A stretch of 64,000 nt of DNA from a phage. The stretch is from assembly GCA_009015555.1 (NCBI GenBank), contig GCA_009015555.1_3613.1. One strand, written 5' to 3'. Of the stretch, positions 8,473 to 17,530 are shown in pieces. Both the position numbers and the translations under genes were made by a program. Below the pieces are notes generated by a model. That model did not search any database, was not told the DNA's origin, and saw nothing but the letters and a program-made list of their open reading frames with translations. Positions within the stretch are counted from its first letter, which is position 1. Each line of letters opens with the position of its first letter.

Positions 8473-8573
8473 AGTCTTCTCCTCTTCAGTTGATAAGGTC
8501 AATATACACCCATATGTTTACGCTGTAAACATGTTTCGGGGCATATGTCGAAAAAAGTTCATTCCATAAACAT

Positions 8574-8598
8574 GAAAACCGCCCGGATGGGCGGTTGC
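8574..8598 (-). terminator. rho-independent terminator
   Basis: Hairpin ACCGCCC-ATCC-GGGCGGT then U-run on minus strand. Confidence 0.45.
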
Positions 8599-8601
8599 GT
8601 T

Positions 8602-8814
8602 TTATTTGCGGAAGATTTGTACCGGGGTCGGCACGTAATGACTCTGCGGGTTCAGGGGGTGACGGTAGCAATCGAAATCCTCCGGGTTGTCGTTAGACTT
8701 CAGGATCACTTCACGAACCAGCGGCAGGCTGGTAAACAAACCCCAGTCCACATCGGTCTGTCCCATCTCTCCACGCATACTTACGTGGAATAGTTGGTAA
8801 ACGTATGCTTTCAT
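8602..8814 (-). CDS. hypothetical protein (70 aa)
   Basis: Track ORF. Confidence 0.5.
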   Translation of the reverse strand: MKAYVYQLFHVSMRGEMGQTDVDWGLFTSLPLVREVILKSNDNPEDFDCYRHPLNPQSHYVPTPVQIFRK

Positions 8815-8815
8815 C

Positions 8816-9286
8816 TCACTCTCCGTATTTTGCTTTCAGGCGGGCCAACTGGGCACGTTCCTCAGCCTCACGACGTTCAGCCGCCTGCTGCTCTGCTTTC
8901 TCCGCACGAAGTCGTTGCGCCTCCCGGTGATCAACCAGACGGGCATCATACTTACGCTTGGCGAGGATCTCTGCATCTTCCAGCATCAACTGACGTTCAG
9001 CCGAGTATTTCTCATACCCCTCGTCGGAGATTTCGTCAACCGCATAAGATGTACCGAAGTACCCGTTGATGCCCAAAGTGATGTCGGCCCCGGCAGTGAA
9101 CTCGTAATCCTTGTTCAGGCTACGATCCTGGGCCACAGTGTCCAGATAGATGGCGTGGGCCAGCAACTCAATAGCCTGTTCACGATCCTGAGTTGACTGA
9201 ATCGTCATGTCACTGTCAGTGCGGCCTTCACAGTAGCCGCCACGGTAGACGGCATCGTTTTCACGGTAAGAAATAATTGTGTACAT
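8816..9286 (-). CDS. hypothetical protein with charged coiled-coil C-terminus (start at ATG with RBS AGGGG)
   Basis: Track ORF 8816..9307; C-terminal RLRAEKAEQQAAERREAEERAQLARLKAKYGE. Confidence 0.55.
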   Translation of the reverse strand: MYTIISYRENDAVYRGGYCEGRTDSDMTIQSTQDREQAIELLAHAIYLDTVAQDRSLNKDYEFTAGADITLGINGYFGTSYAVDEISDEGYEKYSAERQLMLEDAEILAKRKYDARLVDHREAQRLRAEKAEQQAAERREAEERAQLARLKAKYGE

Positions 9287-9489
9287 TAGAACCCCTGTTT
9301 TGTCCAAGGTAGTGGAATACGTAACTGCCCGATTGTAAACTCCCTGCCAGGATACTCAGCAGCCAAAACCGTCAGGTTGAGTGCAGCAGCCTGCATGGAT
9401 TTATAAATGTGGAAGTGTCCGTCGATACAAACAATTCCGTCATTTCCTTTCTGCTTTATCGCAAAAGCATCATGGTAACCGCCAGCCAT
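9286..9489 (-). CDS. hypothetical protein
   Basis: Track ORF 9286..9522; internal ATG with RBS GGGGGA chosen. Confidence 0.45.
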   Translation of the reverse strand: MAGGYHDAFAIKQKGNDGIVCIDGHFHIYKSMQAAALNLTVLAAEYPGREFTIGQLRIPLPWTKQGF

Positions 9490-9490
9490 A

Positions 9491-9766
9491 TCATCCCCCA
9501 CAATATTTGTTAACTGGTTCACCGTCGATGTCTAAATCGGTGATTACGTGCTTAGGTCCAGTATAGTCCTCTGCCAGTTTCTTTGCAACCCTTTTTGCTT
9601 CTTCCAAGGTTTCAAAATCCTTGATGTCGGGGTCGCCGTGGGAGTAATGCTGCTGGACATACTGCCAGAAGGGCCACCAGAAGCCACGATTGTACTTCAC
9701 CCGGTAATACTCAACCACACGCCCGTTGGCGTAGGTCTTCACATTTTTCTCGATAAGAATCTTCAT
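9491..9766 (-). CDS. hypothetical protein (91 aa)
   Basis: Track ORF. Confidence 0.5.
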   Translation of the reverse strand: MKILIEKNVKTYANGRVVEYYRVKYNRGFWWPFWQYVQQHYSHGDPDIKDFETLEEAKRVAKKLAEDYTGPKHVITDLDIDGEPVNKYCGG

Positions 9767-10122
9767 TCAAACATCCCCTCCATATCGTTCTCGTAGATGT
9801 GATCCCGGATAGCCTCTGCGGTAGCTTTGATGCTGTCCTTGTGGGCATGGATAAGAGTCTTGAACATGTCCACCTTGCCCGGCAGACCAGCAAGCTGCGC
9901 CTTGTTGGCTGCGGCCCTAAAAACACCCATGCAGTGCATGTCATACCCCCAGGGTGTATACAGCCGGAGGAGTTCGGGGAACTCGTCCTTGATCATGTCC
10001 TCAAAATTGTAATATTTCGACTCCCAATACCCGAACATCATCAAATTACCGATATTCCGGCGGAGGGTTTCGTTAGTCTTTGCCATTTCAAGCAACAATT
10101 CAATTGCAGATTTTTCGATCAT
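9763..10122 (-). CDS. hypothetical protein (start at ATG with RBS GGAGG)
   Basis: Track ORF 9763..10140. Confidence 0.5.
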   Translation of the reverse strand: MIEKSAIELLLEMAKTNETLRRNIGNLMMFGYWESKYYNFEDMIKDEFPELLRLYTPWGYDMHCMGVFRAAANKAQLAGLPGKVDMFKTLIHAHKDSIKATAEAIRDHIYENDMEGMFE

Positions 10123-10245
10123 TTTGCCTCCTAAGTGCAATTATTTTGCGGTTTTGTGCAGAAAAGTGCCGGAATTTTGACTTTTACGTGCAAAAACGGC
10201 ACATTTTTACCTGATTTGTGTAAAATACATGAAAACTGTCAAAAA

Positions 10246-10473
10246 TCAACTCTTTTTGATGAATTGGTATCCCGGCGCTTTCAAAAAGGCGATTTGTTTT
10301 TGTACCTGGTCCAGCAAGAAAGATGACCACTCAGGGTAAACTGTTTCGAAGAAAGCCATCTCTTCCTTGTCATACAGGAAGGAATCGCTCAATTGGTGAA
10401 CAAAATCTATCACCTCTTCAGGGCAAAATACTGCCACAGTACCCTCTTCAAGCTCCAATTCAAGTATTTTCAT
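10246..10473 (-). CDS. short member of paralogous family (motif EEMAFFETVYPEW)
   Basis: Track ORF; shares C-terminal module with ORFs 14538-16834. Confidence 0.5.
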   Translation of the reverse strand: MKILELELEEGTVAVFCPEEVIDFVHQLSDSFLYDKEEMAFFETVYPEWSSFLLDQVQKQIAFLKAPGYQFIKKS

Positions 10474-10724
10474 ATGGCTACGAACCCATCCTCGTTCATC
10501 AGGACGTGGTTCGGTGCCCAGAAGTTGTGCCGGGACTCAAGCCACAGGTAGAATCGACGCTTACTTGACAGCGGATGCGGCTCTGTCTCGTAGGAAACGA
10601 GGGCCGTGCGGCCCTTATTCTTCCCACGGAGGATTCGTACACGCTGATCCTTTTTCCACTGGGATGGCACCCGTGGCGAATCGTAACACTTAGGCAGACA
10701 TTCCATGATATGGCCCCTTTCCAC
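10470..10724 (-). CDS. hypothetical protein (84 aa)
   Basis: Track ORF; ATGA overlap. Confidence 0.45.
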   Translation of the reverse strand: MERGHIMECLPKCYDSPRVPSQWKKDQRVRILRGKNKGRTALVSYETEPHPLSSKRRFYLWLESRHNFWAPNHVLMNEDGFVAI

Positions 10725-11205
10725 AGAATTTTTCCCAAAGTGCAGAGTCTATCCCGTGCAAGCCGGGCAGCAACTCCACCACCTGAGTCGTTATGCCCGG
10801 GTACAGAAACTCCAGCATCTCCAGTTCTTCGTTCTGGATGTCACGACAATCCAAGAAGAAGTCTGTCATCTTCACCGGGGATTGCCATACCTTTCCGACA
10901 CGACGCTTCAGGAACACATCCCCATCAGGCATCGCCATCCAAGAGATCCGGTCCAGCTTTCCGGTTGTGGAAATACTGAAGTGTCTCGGAGTGGAGGTGA
11001 CTGTCCCACCAAGGTATGGACCAATATCGAAACGAAACTTAATGGCAGGTTTGCCGACATTCTGAACCACACGATTGTCCTTGCGGTAGCCGCCATTTCC
11101 TGTAAAGATCAGGTTCCCGACGTATTTACGCCGAGTTAGATCTCGCCATGTCCACTCTTTAAACAGTTTGTGCAGGGTGGTCTTAGTCATCCGTGGAATC
11201 ATCAT
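10690..11205 (-). CDS. hypothetical protein (start at MM with RBS GGAGG)
   Basis: Track ORF 10690..11313. Confidence 0.45.
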   Translation of the reverse strand: MMIPRMTKTTLHKLFKEWTWRDLTRRKYVGNLIFTGNGGYRKDNRVVQNVGKPAIKFRFDIGPYLGGTVTSTPRHFSISTTGKLDRISWMAMPDGDVFLKRRVGKVWQSPVKMTDFFLDCRDIQNEELEMLEFLYPGITTQVVELLPGLHGIDSALWEKFCGKGPYHGMSA

Positions 11206-11413
11206 TTTCCTCCGGCAGGATCTCGAATTTTGCAACACCCAGTACCACCACGTGACCCAGAGACAGGACACCTGTCCACGGAGAGCCGTCACGCTTGGGC
11301 CGGGTCCCTTCAACGTCGCAGAAGCCGTTTTTAAGCTCCGAAGCAGTGAAGATCTGCCCCTTTGGAAACACTTTGTTGAAGTCGGTAATCACGTTCGTAC
11401 ATTTCAGCTTCAC
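11183..11413 (-). CDS. hypothetical protein (76 aa)
   Basis: Track ORF; long overlap with neighbour lowers confidence. Confidence 0.3.
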   Translation of the reverse strand: MKLKCTNVITDFNKVFPKGQIFTASELKNGFCDVEGTRPKRDGSPWTGVLSLGHVVVLGVAKFEILPEENDDSTDD

Positions 11414-11681
11414 GATTCATCCCCTCGTATTCAATAGCCACGGCTTTTTGCCACTCTTCTGCGTTTGGTTCCAGTGCCTGAGCCACAAGGCAGGCTCTGG
11501 TCCTCAGGTCTTCAGAAAACTTCCCTGTAGCAACAGTCTCACAACTGATGGCTGTGACCTCTGCGTTGAGTTCCTTACTCACGAAACCTTTGTAATACAT
11601 ATCCCGGGCCTGAAGAACAATGGCCTCCCACAGGTGCCAGTGCATATCGTCCACGTGTATCATATAACTATGGTCTCCCAC
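11331..11681 (-). CDS. hypothetical protein (116 aa)
   Basis: Track ORF. Confidence 0.45.
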   Translation of the reverse strand: MGDHSYMIHVDDMHWHLWEAIVLQARDMYYKGFVSKELNAEVTAISCETVATGKFSEDLRTRACLVAQALEPNAEEWQKAVAIEYEGMNREAEMYERDYRLQQSVSKGADLHCFGA

Positions 11682-11884
11682 TTGAAAAATTTACCAAACG
11701 GCCCATCAACCTCAACCTCATAACTGGCCTCCAAGCTCGTTCCTACCTCCCGGTAAGCATGGATACGGATATCTACCCTATACCTCTCCATGCCGCAGGG
11801 GAATCTGAACTTAATCTCCCTTTTAATCAGATCCGTTATCCCACCGCACTCCGCGACGGGTTTTCTCCACGGCGTTGTCTTCAT
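11660..11884 (-). CDS. hypothetical protein (74 aa)
   Basis: Track ORF. Confidence 0.45.
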   Translation of the reverse strand: MKTTPWRKPVAECGGITDLIKREIKFRFPCGMERYRVDIRIHAYREVGTSLEASYEVEVDGPFGKFFKWETIVI

Positions 11885-11934
11885 AAGTCACCTCCAGGGC
11901 CAGTATACACGAACATCATCGGATTGCAAGCAAT

Positions 11935-11962
11935 AAAAAACCGCCCGAAGGCGGTTGTTTTT
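11935..11962 (-). terminator. rho-independent terminator (hairpin usable in both directions)
   Basis: AAAAAACCGCCCGAAGGCGGTTGTTTTT. Confidence 0.5.
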
Positions 11963-12073
11963 AAAGAGGGGCGATGTCCGACTCAGGAACTTCCTGAACA
12001 ACAGGCCGACCACCGATCTTCACCTCGACGTACCAGTTTTCGGTGTCAGCAACCGGAGCGAGAGTTTTGCCCA

Positions 12074-12580
12074 TCAGACCTTCAAATGGGCCGGAGATGA
12101 ATCGGATTTGTTGATATTCGCTAAATGACATTTATCTTCCTCGTTAATAAACAAAGACATATCTGTCTTCAGGTCGTATTCACGACGCCAAAAGACAGCC
12201 ATAGTTTCGACGATTTGGTTCCCGTACATTGTACGGATGAAGCCAATATCGCCATATGTCAACTCCTTCCCTACAGGCAAGGCGTCGTAGAAGTGGCGCG
12301 GCACCGGAGACCAAAACTCAATACCCTTCCAGAAGAACTGGGCTTTTCTTTCGGTCCGAGGGTCATAGGCATACTTATCCCACGCATCCTTCCCTGGCTC
12401 TCCCGGGGAACCAGCCATACCCATAGGCCCCATAGGGCCAGGGTGGTTCTTTATTTCCGCAGCAGCGATGCCCTTTATGTGGGACCAGATATCTCCGCAG
12501 TCCATATCATACCCGGCGACACGGATAGCAGCCTGCAAGGCACCAATCAAGTCAGTTGTTCTTTTAAGCTCCTGCTCCAC
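12074..12580 (-). CDS. collagen-like repeat protein (GPMGPMGMAGSPGEPG), paralog family member
   Basis: Track ORF; Gly-X-Y tract; FWKGIEF motif shared with ORF 16328. Confidence 0.55.
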   Translation of the reverse strand: MEQELKRTTDLIGALQAAIRVAGYDMDCGDIWSHIKGIAAAEIKNHPGPMGPMGMAGSPGEPGKDAWDKYAYDPRTERKAQFFWKGIEFWSPVPRHFYDALPVGKELTYGDIGFIRTMYGNQIVETMAVFWRREYDLKTDMSLFINEEDKCHLANINKSDSSPAHLKV

Positions 12581-12785
12581 TCTCCACCCCTATCCATACC
12601 AAGACCTTGCAGAAGATGTAGTAATACAGGGGAACAGCCCCCAGTATGTACCAGAATACCCACTGACTGGACCAACCCTTTACCCAATACGGGACGATGA
12701 CCTTCCTTACGATCAGGATCAGACCACCCAGCGGTACGATAATACCAAAGAACCAGAGTGCAGCAAGAATCAGGAAATCAATCAT
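12564..12785 (-). CDS. small membrane protein (73 aa, 2 TM)
   Basis: Track ORF; hydrophobic. Confidence 0.5.
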   Translation of the reverse strand: MIDFLILAALWFFGIIVPLGGLILIVRKVIVPYWVKGWSSQWVFWYILGAVPLYYYIFCKVLVWIGVESGAGA

Positions 12786-13120
12786 TTGACCCCCTTTACG
12801 CCAGTAATATTTTTAATTTCCGCCTTTACCGATGCAGCTTGGGATTTTTCCACAGTTACGATAAGGACCTCGGTAGTTTGTATTTTGAGCCAACGGCGAT
12901 AGAAAGCCTCCAGAGAAGTATCACGGGCGGCAAGTTGGAAGCCTTCGGCTTCAAAATACACATCCCCGGCCTGTACGTCAACCACGGCGTCATCTGCTGG
13001 GTTGTCATACTCCTCTTGCTCAACACCGTCAAATAGGATCAGGGTGTCGTCATGCCAACGACTGCCCCAGAACTCCTCGTCATTGTAGAATTGTTTCCAA
13101 AGGGCACCTTTTACCTTCAT
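12782..13120 (-). CDS. hypothetical protein (start at ATG with RBS AGGAG)
   Basis: Track ORF 12782..13198. Confidence 0.45.
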   Translation of the reverse strand: MKVKGALWKQFYNDEEFWGSRWHDDTLILFDGVEQEEYDNPADDAVVDVQAGDVYFEAEGFQLAARDTSLEAFYRRWLKIQTTEVLIVTVEKSQAASVKAEIKNITGVKGVK

Positions 13121-13255
13121 TTGTATTCTCCTGTAAAGTTTTAAACGGGAATGCCCGTCAGGACGCACCAGATCGATTCTGAGGCGTTTTCTCGCCAAGG
13201 ATGATAAATCACCTTACCTCACCTCTAAAACGCTTACAGCGCGTTACAGGGCGTT

Positions 13256-13465
13256 TTAAGGAACCTTGGTGCAACTCACATTTGGACTACCCTCCATAAG
13301 ACGACAGATCATCGTCTTATCTGATGTCTTCGTGATGACGTAATCCGGGCAGGCGATGATAGTGGCACCACCGCCGTGGTCATGCACGGTACACTTCTTC
13401 AGGTCTTCCTCGGCACTGGCCCCAAAGGCCAAGAGTGCCAGTAAAATTAACGACGCTCTTCCCAC
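13256..13465 (-). CDS. small secreted protein (signal peptide, 4 Cys)
   Basis: Track ORF; N-terminal LILLALLAFGASA. Confidence 0.45.
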   Translation of the reverse strand: MGRASLILLALLAFGASAEEDLKKCTVHDHGGGATIIACPDYVITKTSDKTMICRLMEGSPNVSCTKVP

Positions 13466-13743
13466 TGGCGGTACTCCTCTTCCAGACCCTCAAGGGTCGC
13501 ATTAGCCATAAGCGGCTGGCCCTCCACAGGGTCGATGATATACAGCGTCCCGGTAACATTGTCCACCTGATCCATCATCTGCATGATGTCCGGACGCTTG
13601 AACACGTCATACGGCAGGCCGGGGAAGGCTGTCTGCAACATCATCTTGCAGTTCTGGGCAAATCCGCAGTTTGAGCCTTGGAAGGACATGAACCCCGGCG
13701 TAACCACCATTAGAGACACAACACCAAAACGAGATCTGCTCAT
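13447..13743 (-). CDS. hypothetical protein (98 aa)
   Basis: Track ORF. Confidence 0.5.
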   Translation of the reverse strand: MSRSRFGVVSLMVVTPGFMSFQGSNCGFAQNCKMMLQTAFPGLPYDVFKRPDIMQMMDQVDNVTGTLYIIDPVEGQPLMANATLEGLEEEYRQWEERR

Positions 13744-13744
13744 A

Positions 13745-14008
13745 TCAGTTCAACCTGTTGATTTCTTTAGCTTCGACCACTTCCAGATTTTTGTAGTTCA
13801 CGATCTGGTAGCTCCCCAAGTAGATGTCAGTCTCAAGGATCACCCGGCGGGCTTCCTCCAACGACAGTGCCACACACAGGAAGTCGTTAAACCCGCCCTG
13901 CGGGTAGTATTTTTCCGATGCGAACACCAGAAACAGTCCGGTTGCCGCCGGAGGCTCAGACATCGCCGTAACGGCTTGAGCGGTAACTTCTTTGTTCATC
14001 TGTAACAT
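13745..14008 (-). CDS. hypothetical protein (87 aa)
   Basis: Track ORF. Confidence 0.5.
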   Translation of the reverse strand: MLQMNKEVTAQAVTAMSEPPAATGLFLVFASEKYYPQGGFNDFLCVALSLEEARRVILETDIYLGSYQIVNYKNLEVVEAKEINRLN

Positions 14009-14019
14009 ATTGATCTCCT

Positions 14020-14310
14020 TTACCAGTCCAGTTTGTCAGCGCGGTGGCAGATTGCCAGTCGTGCAGCGCCGAGTTCGTCGCCTTTGCCCAGCAGTATATT
14101 ATGGTCCCGCTGGAACTTCAACTCTTTTATCACATATTCGAGATGCGGTTCGAGTAAACTTACCAGCACCTCGGCCTTTTCCGGATGCAGGGTCTCAAAG
14201 AGATCCCAGCCTGCATCGAAGTTCTCTTCATCGTCGGTGAAGAACTGCTCGCGTAGTTCCGGCGACATGATGTGGAACAAAAGGTGAGAGTATCGGGTAT
14301 TTTTGCTCAT
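14020..14310 (-). CDS. hypothetical protein (96 aa)
   Basis: Track ORF. Confidence 0.5.
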   Translation of the reverse strand: MSKNTRYSHLLFHIMSPELREQFFTDDEENFDAGWDLFETLHPEKAEVLVSLLEPHLEYVIKELKFQRDHNILLGKGDELGAARLAICHRADKLDW

Positions 14311-14483
14311 CAGCTACGACTCTTATGCAGAAGGCCGATGATGGCAGCACCCAAGACGCCGAAGCCCAGACCAATACCGAAGGCCCCTGTCAGCCCAGCG
14401 TTCGCCAGTACCGCTGCACAACCGCTAATCATGGACATGATGCCGATGATAAATGCTTTTTCGATGGTAGATACCTTTTTCAT
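14310..14483 (-). CDS. small glycine-zipper lipoprotein (57 aa; lipobox ISGC)
   Basis: ATG with RBS GAGGAGAG; stop overlaps next start; not in track (<60 aa). Confidence 0.45.
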   Translation of the reverse strand: MKKVSTIEKAFIIGIMSMISGCAAVLANAGLTGAFGIGLGFGVLGAAIIGLLHKSRS

Positions 14484-14537
14484 TCTTCTCTCCTCTGTTG
14501 TTTGATAGGACCCATCATACAGGGTCCTGTGTCAATG

Positions 14538-14996
14538 TCAATCGTTTTCGAAAGCATTTAATGCCTGAAGCTCTTTCCAGGCGGCAATCCATGCCTGCTT
14601 TATCTTGGCGTACTCTTTAGGATGAGCAACTTCCAGTAATCGAAGCTCGTCCCGAGTTACGTGCCTGTCGTCCTCGAAGAACTCCATAGCCTCATCAGAG
14701 AGGTAAGCCGTAAAGACGATCTCTTTGAACTTTATCGTCCTGTTCCTCGACGTCGGAGGATCTACGATGACCTGGGTTCCAGTTGTTGTGATAGTCGGGG
14801 CCGGGGTATTCATGACCTCCCTCATAATCCTTTCCCACTCCCGGGCCTTGATATCGGACGGGGAGGGGGTCCAAGGTTGGTGAATGTTCGGCGGGATGTT
14901 GCCATCCCCAATTCTCCACGGCCCGCCAATCCCAGTTGTCTCATTACCCATCAATGAAGAATTGATGTGTTCCTTCAGGCTCTTATGTTCACTCAT
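14538..14996 (-). CDS. paralog family member (Gly-rich N-terminal part; C-terminal ...KQAWIAAWKEL)
   Basis: Track ORF; shared motifs with neighbours. Confidence 0.55.
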   Translation of the reverse strand: MSEHKSLKEHINSSLMGNETTGIGGPWRIGDGNIPPNIHQPWTPSPSDIKAREWERIMREVMNTPAPTITTTGTQVIVDPPTSRNRTIKFKEIVFTAYLSDEAMEFFEDDRHVTRDELRLLEVAHPKEYAKIKQAWIAAWKELQALNAFEND

Positions 14997-15435
14997 TTGG
15001 CATCATCTCCCCTAAATCAAAGGCTCGGTACGCCTGGCGTTTGTTCCACTCTTCCGCCCAAGCATCCCGGATCGATTTCCACTCGGACTCATCCACCACC
15101 TTGATAAAAGAAAGTTCGTCCCCGTTCAATTGGGTAGCATCATCAATCATGGCAAAGGTTTCTGGTTTCAAGCGGACCTTGAATGCAAGCCCGGCATACG
15201 ATAAAACATAAAGCTCTGTGCAGATACCCATAGGCCCAGGTGTCCCGCACACCCCGGACACCCCCATATCCCCTCTTGGTCCCAACATCCCATTTACCCC
15301 CATCACAACCCCGGTAGTTGCGTCGTAACGCAGTTCGTTCAACTGCGCCGCCCTCAGTTCATCATTAGCGCTTCGCTTTTGGCCCATTGAATTTCTCCAG
15401 CAACAGTTTATCGGCTTCGTCCAAAGCCCCAGCAA
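14989..15435 (-). CDS. paralog family member with collagen-like tract (GVNGMLGPRGDMGVSGVCGTPGPMG)
   Basis: Track ORF; WAEEW motif; start uncertain. Confidence 0.5.
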   Translation of the reverse strand: MLGLWTKPINCCWRNSMGQKRSANDELRAAQLNELRYDATTGVVMGVNGMLGPRGDMGVSGVCGTPGPMGICTELYVLSYAGLAFKVRLKPETFAMIDDATQLNGDELSFIKVVDESEWKSIRDAWAEEWNKRQAYRAFDLGEMMPNE

Positions 15436-15838
15436 AGAGAGGCACCATTGGGGAAAGATCTGCGTACAGCATCTCGAACATCGCCACCTCTCCTTCGTCC
15501 ACGTTGTGCGTGTCTAAGAAGATTTCTTCAATAGACAGACGTTCGGTATCTCCTCGCCCAAAGGCATGATAAACCAAACGATCACCCTTCTCAGGGCAGG
15601 TTCTCCACTGAAGAAGGCCACTCATGCTCTTAGTCCACAACCGCAGGTCCCCGTTCTTCATCTCGTGACGCATGGTAAACTCCCGGACGGTATTCGGCCC
15701 GGTGGGGACTTCGATAGTCAAACCTCGGAACTTACCTTCCAACTTGGTCACTACTTGGCGTCGAACAGGATCATCCATAACGGCCTTCCAACTCCAATCC
15801 CGAGCCAGCCTCTCAATTACATCTTTGATTTCACTCAT
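15365..15838 (-). CDS. paralog family member (motif EVAMFEMLYADL)
   Basis: Track ORF. Confidence 0.55.
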   Translation of the reverse strand: MSEIKDVIERLARDWSWKAVMDDPVRRQVVTKLEGKFRGLTIEVPTGPNTVREFTMRHEMKNGDLRLWTKSMSGLLQWRTCPEKGDRLVYHAFGRGDTERLSIEEIFLDTHNVDEGEVAMFEMLYADLSPMVPLFAGALDEADKLLLEKFNGPKAKR

Positions 15839-16359
15839 TATTTATCCTTCGTTGGGAAAAATACAGACAGGGTATTGGAACCCGCCGCCTTATCGAGTTT
15901 TCGGGTGACGCCGAAGAACTCCCGATTCATATCTATGAGCATTTGCTCGTCGCCGTAAAGCATCTGGAACATATCCAACTCTTCAAATGTCGGACGCCAA
16001 GGGTCGTCAAACATCTCCGATAAATGAGTCTTTACACCGTCACACTCGTAAGTGCAGGAGTTTTCAGTGACTACCAATCTGGCCCGGAGACCTTTTATGC
16101 CAATGCCGGGGATCTCTATGCTCGCCAGATCTCCTGTCTCAGGGTCGATATTCGCCTTTACCATCTTGTCCATCTCCCAAGAAGAATCCATCTTGGTTTT
16201 GAGGTAGAACGAGGCCCGGCTGTCTATATCTATCCCTCTCTCCACCCGATGCTCAAGGAACTTGAAGAAAACTTGGTGTTTCAGCCAGTGGTTCCACCCG
16301 ATCCAGCGAGCACCCTGCCCAAATACCTCACGGGTAATTTCTTCTTGGCTTTTTCTCAT
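15838..16359 (-). CDS. paralog family member (motif ELDMFQMLYGDE)
   Basis: Track ORF. Confidence 0.55.
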   Translation of the reverse strand: MRKSQEEITREVFGQGARWIGWNHWLKHQVFFKFLEHRVERGIDIDSRASFYLKTKMDSSWEMDKMVKANIDPETGDLASIEIPGIGIKGLRARLVVTENSCTYECDGVKTHLSEMFDDPWRPTFEELDMFQMLYGDEQMLIDMNREFFGVTRKLDKAAGSNTLSVFFPTKDK

Positions 16360-16834
16360 AGTAGTCTAACTCCCACTCGTCAAATTCTTCTTTGGCCCTT
16401 TCGATTGCCCACTTTTCCGCCCACTGCTCCCTAAACGCTTTAAATTCATCCGGATAAGTCATCTGGAAGAATGCCATATCCTCCTTGGTGAGGGCATACT
16501 GGTTAAAGAAGAGAGCCTTTATGTCCTCTTCTGAATATAATGTAACCGAAATTCCCTTCCAGATCAACTTGGATTCGATAATTTCTTTCGGCGGTTCGTA
16601 TGATCCGCTGTGACCCATCGGTCCTCCCGGCGCACCTAAGTTTGCCCAACTCCCGTGCATCCACATATACAGAACACCCCCGATGATATAGGTGTCGCCG
16701 TGGTTTGCCGTCAAGGGTAGATTGGTCACTGATTGCAATGACCCTTGTATCACCATATTTTGTGTCGCAGCAGGGAAAAGGCCGGGAGACGTTGAATACG
16801 GGTTAGATACATTACCAGTGTTAAAATTTGCCAT
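16328..16834 (-). CDS. paralog family member (GAPGGPMGHSGS; EDMAFFQMTYPDEFKAFREQWAEKW)
   Basis: Track ORF. Confidence 0.55.
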   Translation of the reverse strand: MANFNTGNVSNPYSTSPGLFPAATQNMVIQGSLQSVTNLPLTANHGDTYIIGGVLYMWMHGSWANLGAPGGPMGHSGSYEPPKEIIESKLIWKGISVTLYSEEDIKALFFNQYALTKEDMAFFQMTYPDEFKAFREQWAEKWAIERAKEEFDEWELDYYEKKPRRNYP

Positions 16835-16881
16835 GCACCCTCCAAAAGAAAAGGCCGACCGTCTTTCGACGATCGACCCGA

Positions 16882-17325
16882 TTATCCAAAGAACAGCACG
16901 ATGACTGTCACAATGGCGTATACCGCCGCCCCGGCAATGAGAATCATTCCGAATGGCTTGCGTGTGAAGCGCTTTAGACGAGCGAACAGGGAGTTTCTTT
17001 TCTTATGCTCTACAACAAGATTCTTGCAGAGTGTCAGGAAAGAATTGATCTCTCCGGCATCGCCTGTCATAGCGAATGGAGTGTGCTTCAACTCTCCGGG
17101 GTTCGGGACTGCAATCGGCCCAGATGGTGTTTCCACAACCATGCCGCGCTGATTTACCCGGTAAGTAACCCCTCGGATCTTATCTTCAAGGACGTATGCC
17201 CTGAATCCCCAAAGATCGGCCTTGGCCCGGCGGATAGATCCGCACGAGTAATCCAAGCGATCCCCTCGGATCAGATCGAGGTTACCCTCTACCATCGGAA
17301 GTTGACGAACGTATGCGTAAAACAT
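16882..17325 (-). CDS. hypothetical protein with C-terminal transmembrane anchor
   Basis: Track ORF; RBS GGGAGGAAGG; C-terminal GMILIAGAAVYAIVTVIVLFFG. Confidence 0.55.
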   Translation of the reverse strand: MFYAYVRQLPMVEGNLDLIRGDRLDYSCGSIRRAKADLWGFRAYVLEDKIRGVTYRVNQRGMVVETPSGPIAVPNPGELKHTPFAMTGDAGEINSFLTLCKNLVVEHKKRNSLFARLKRFTRKPFGMILIAGAAVYAIVTVIVLFFG

Positions 17326-17530
17326 AGCCTTCCTCCCGTTGTAAGATTCCGCACAACCATTTTACCATGTTATGCAAAAATACAACAGAAGACTCTTGAC
17401 AAAGTTGCCATGTTGTCATTTTACACAACAAATTCTCCGCTTCACATTTAAATTGCTAAAATCTATTTTAATACATCGAAAATGCCTATCGTCGGGATCT
17501 GGTCAATAGGCATAACCTTGCAATGAATTT

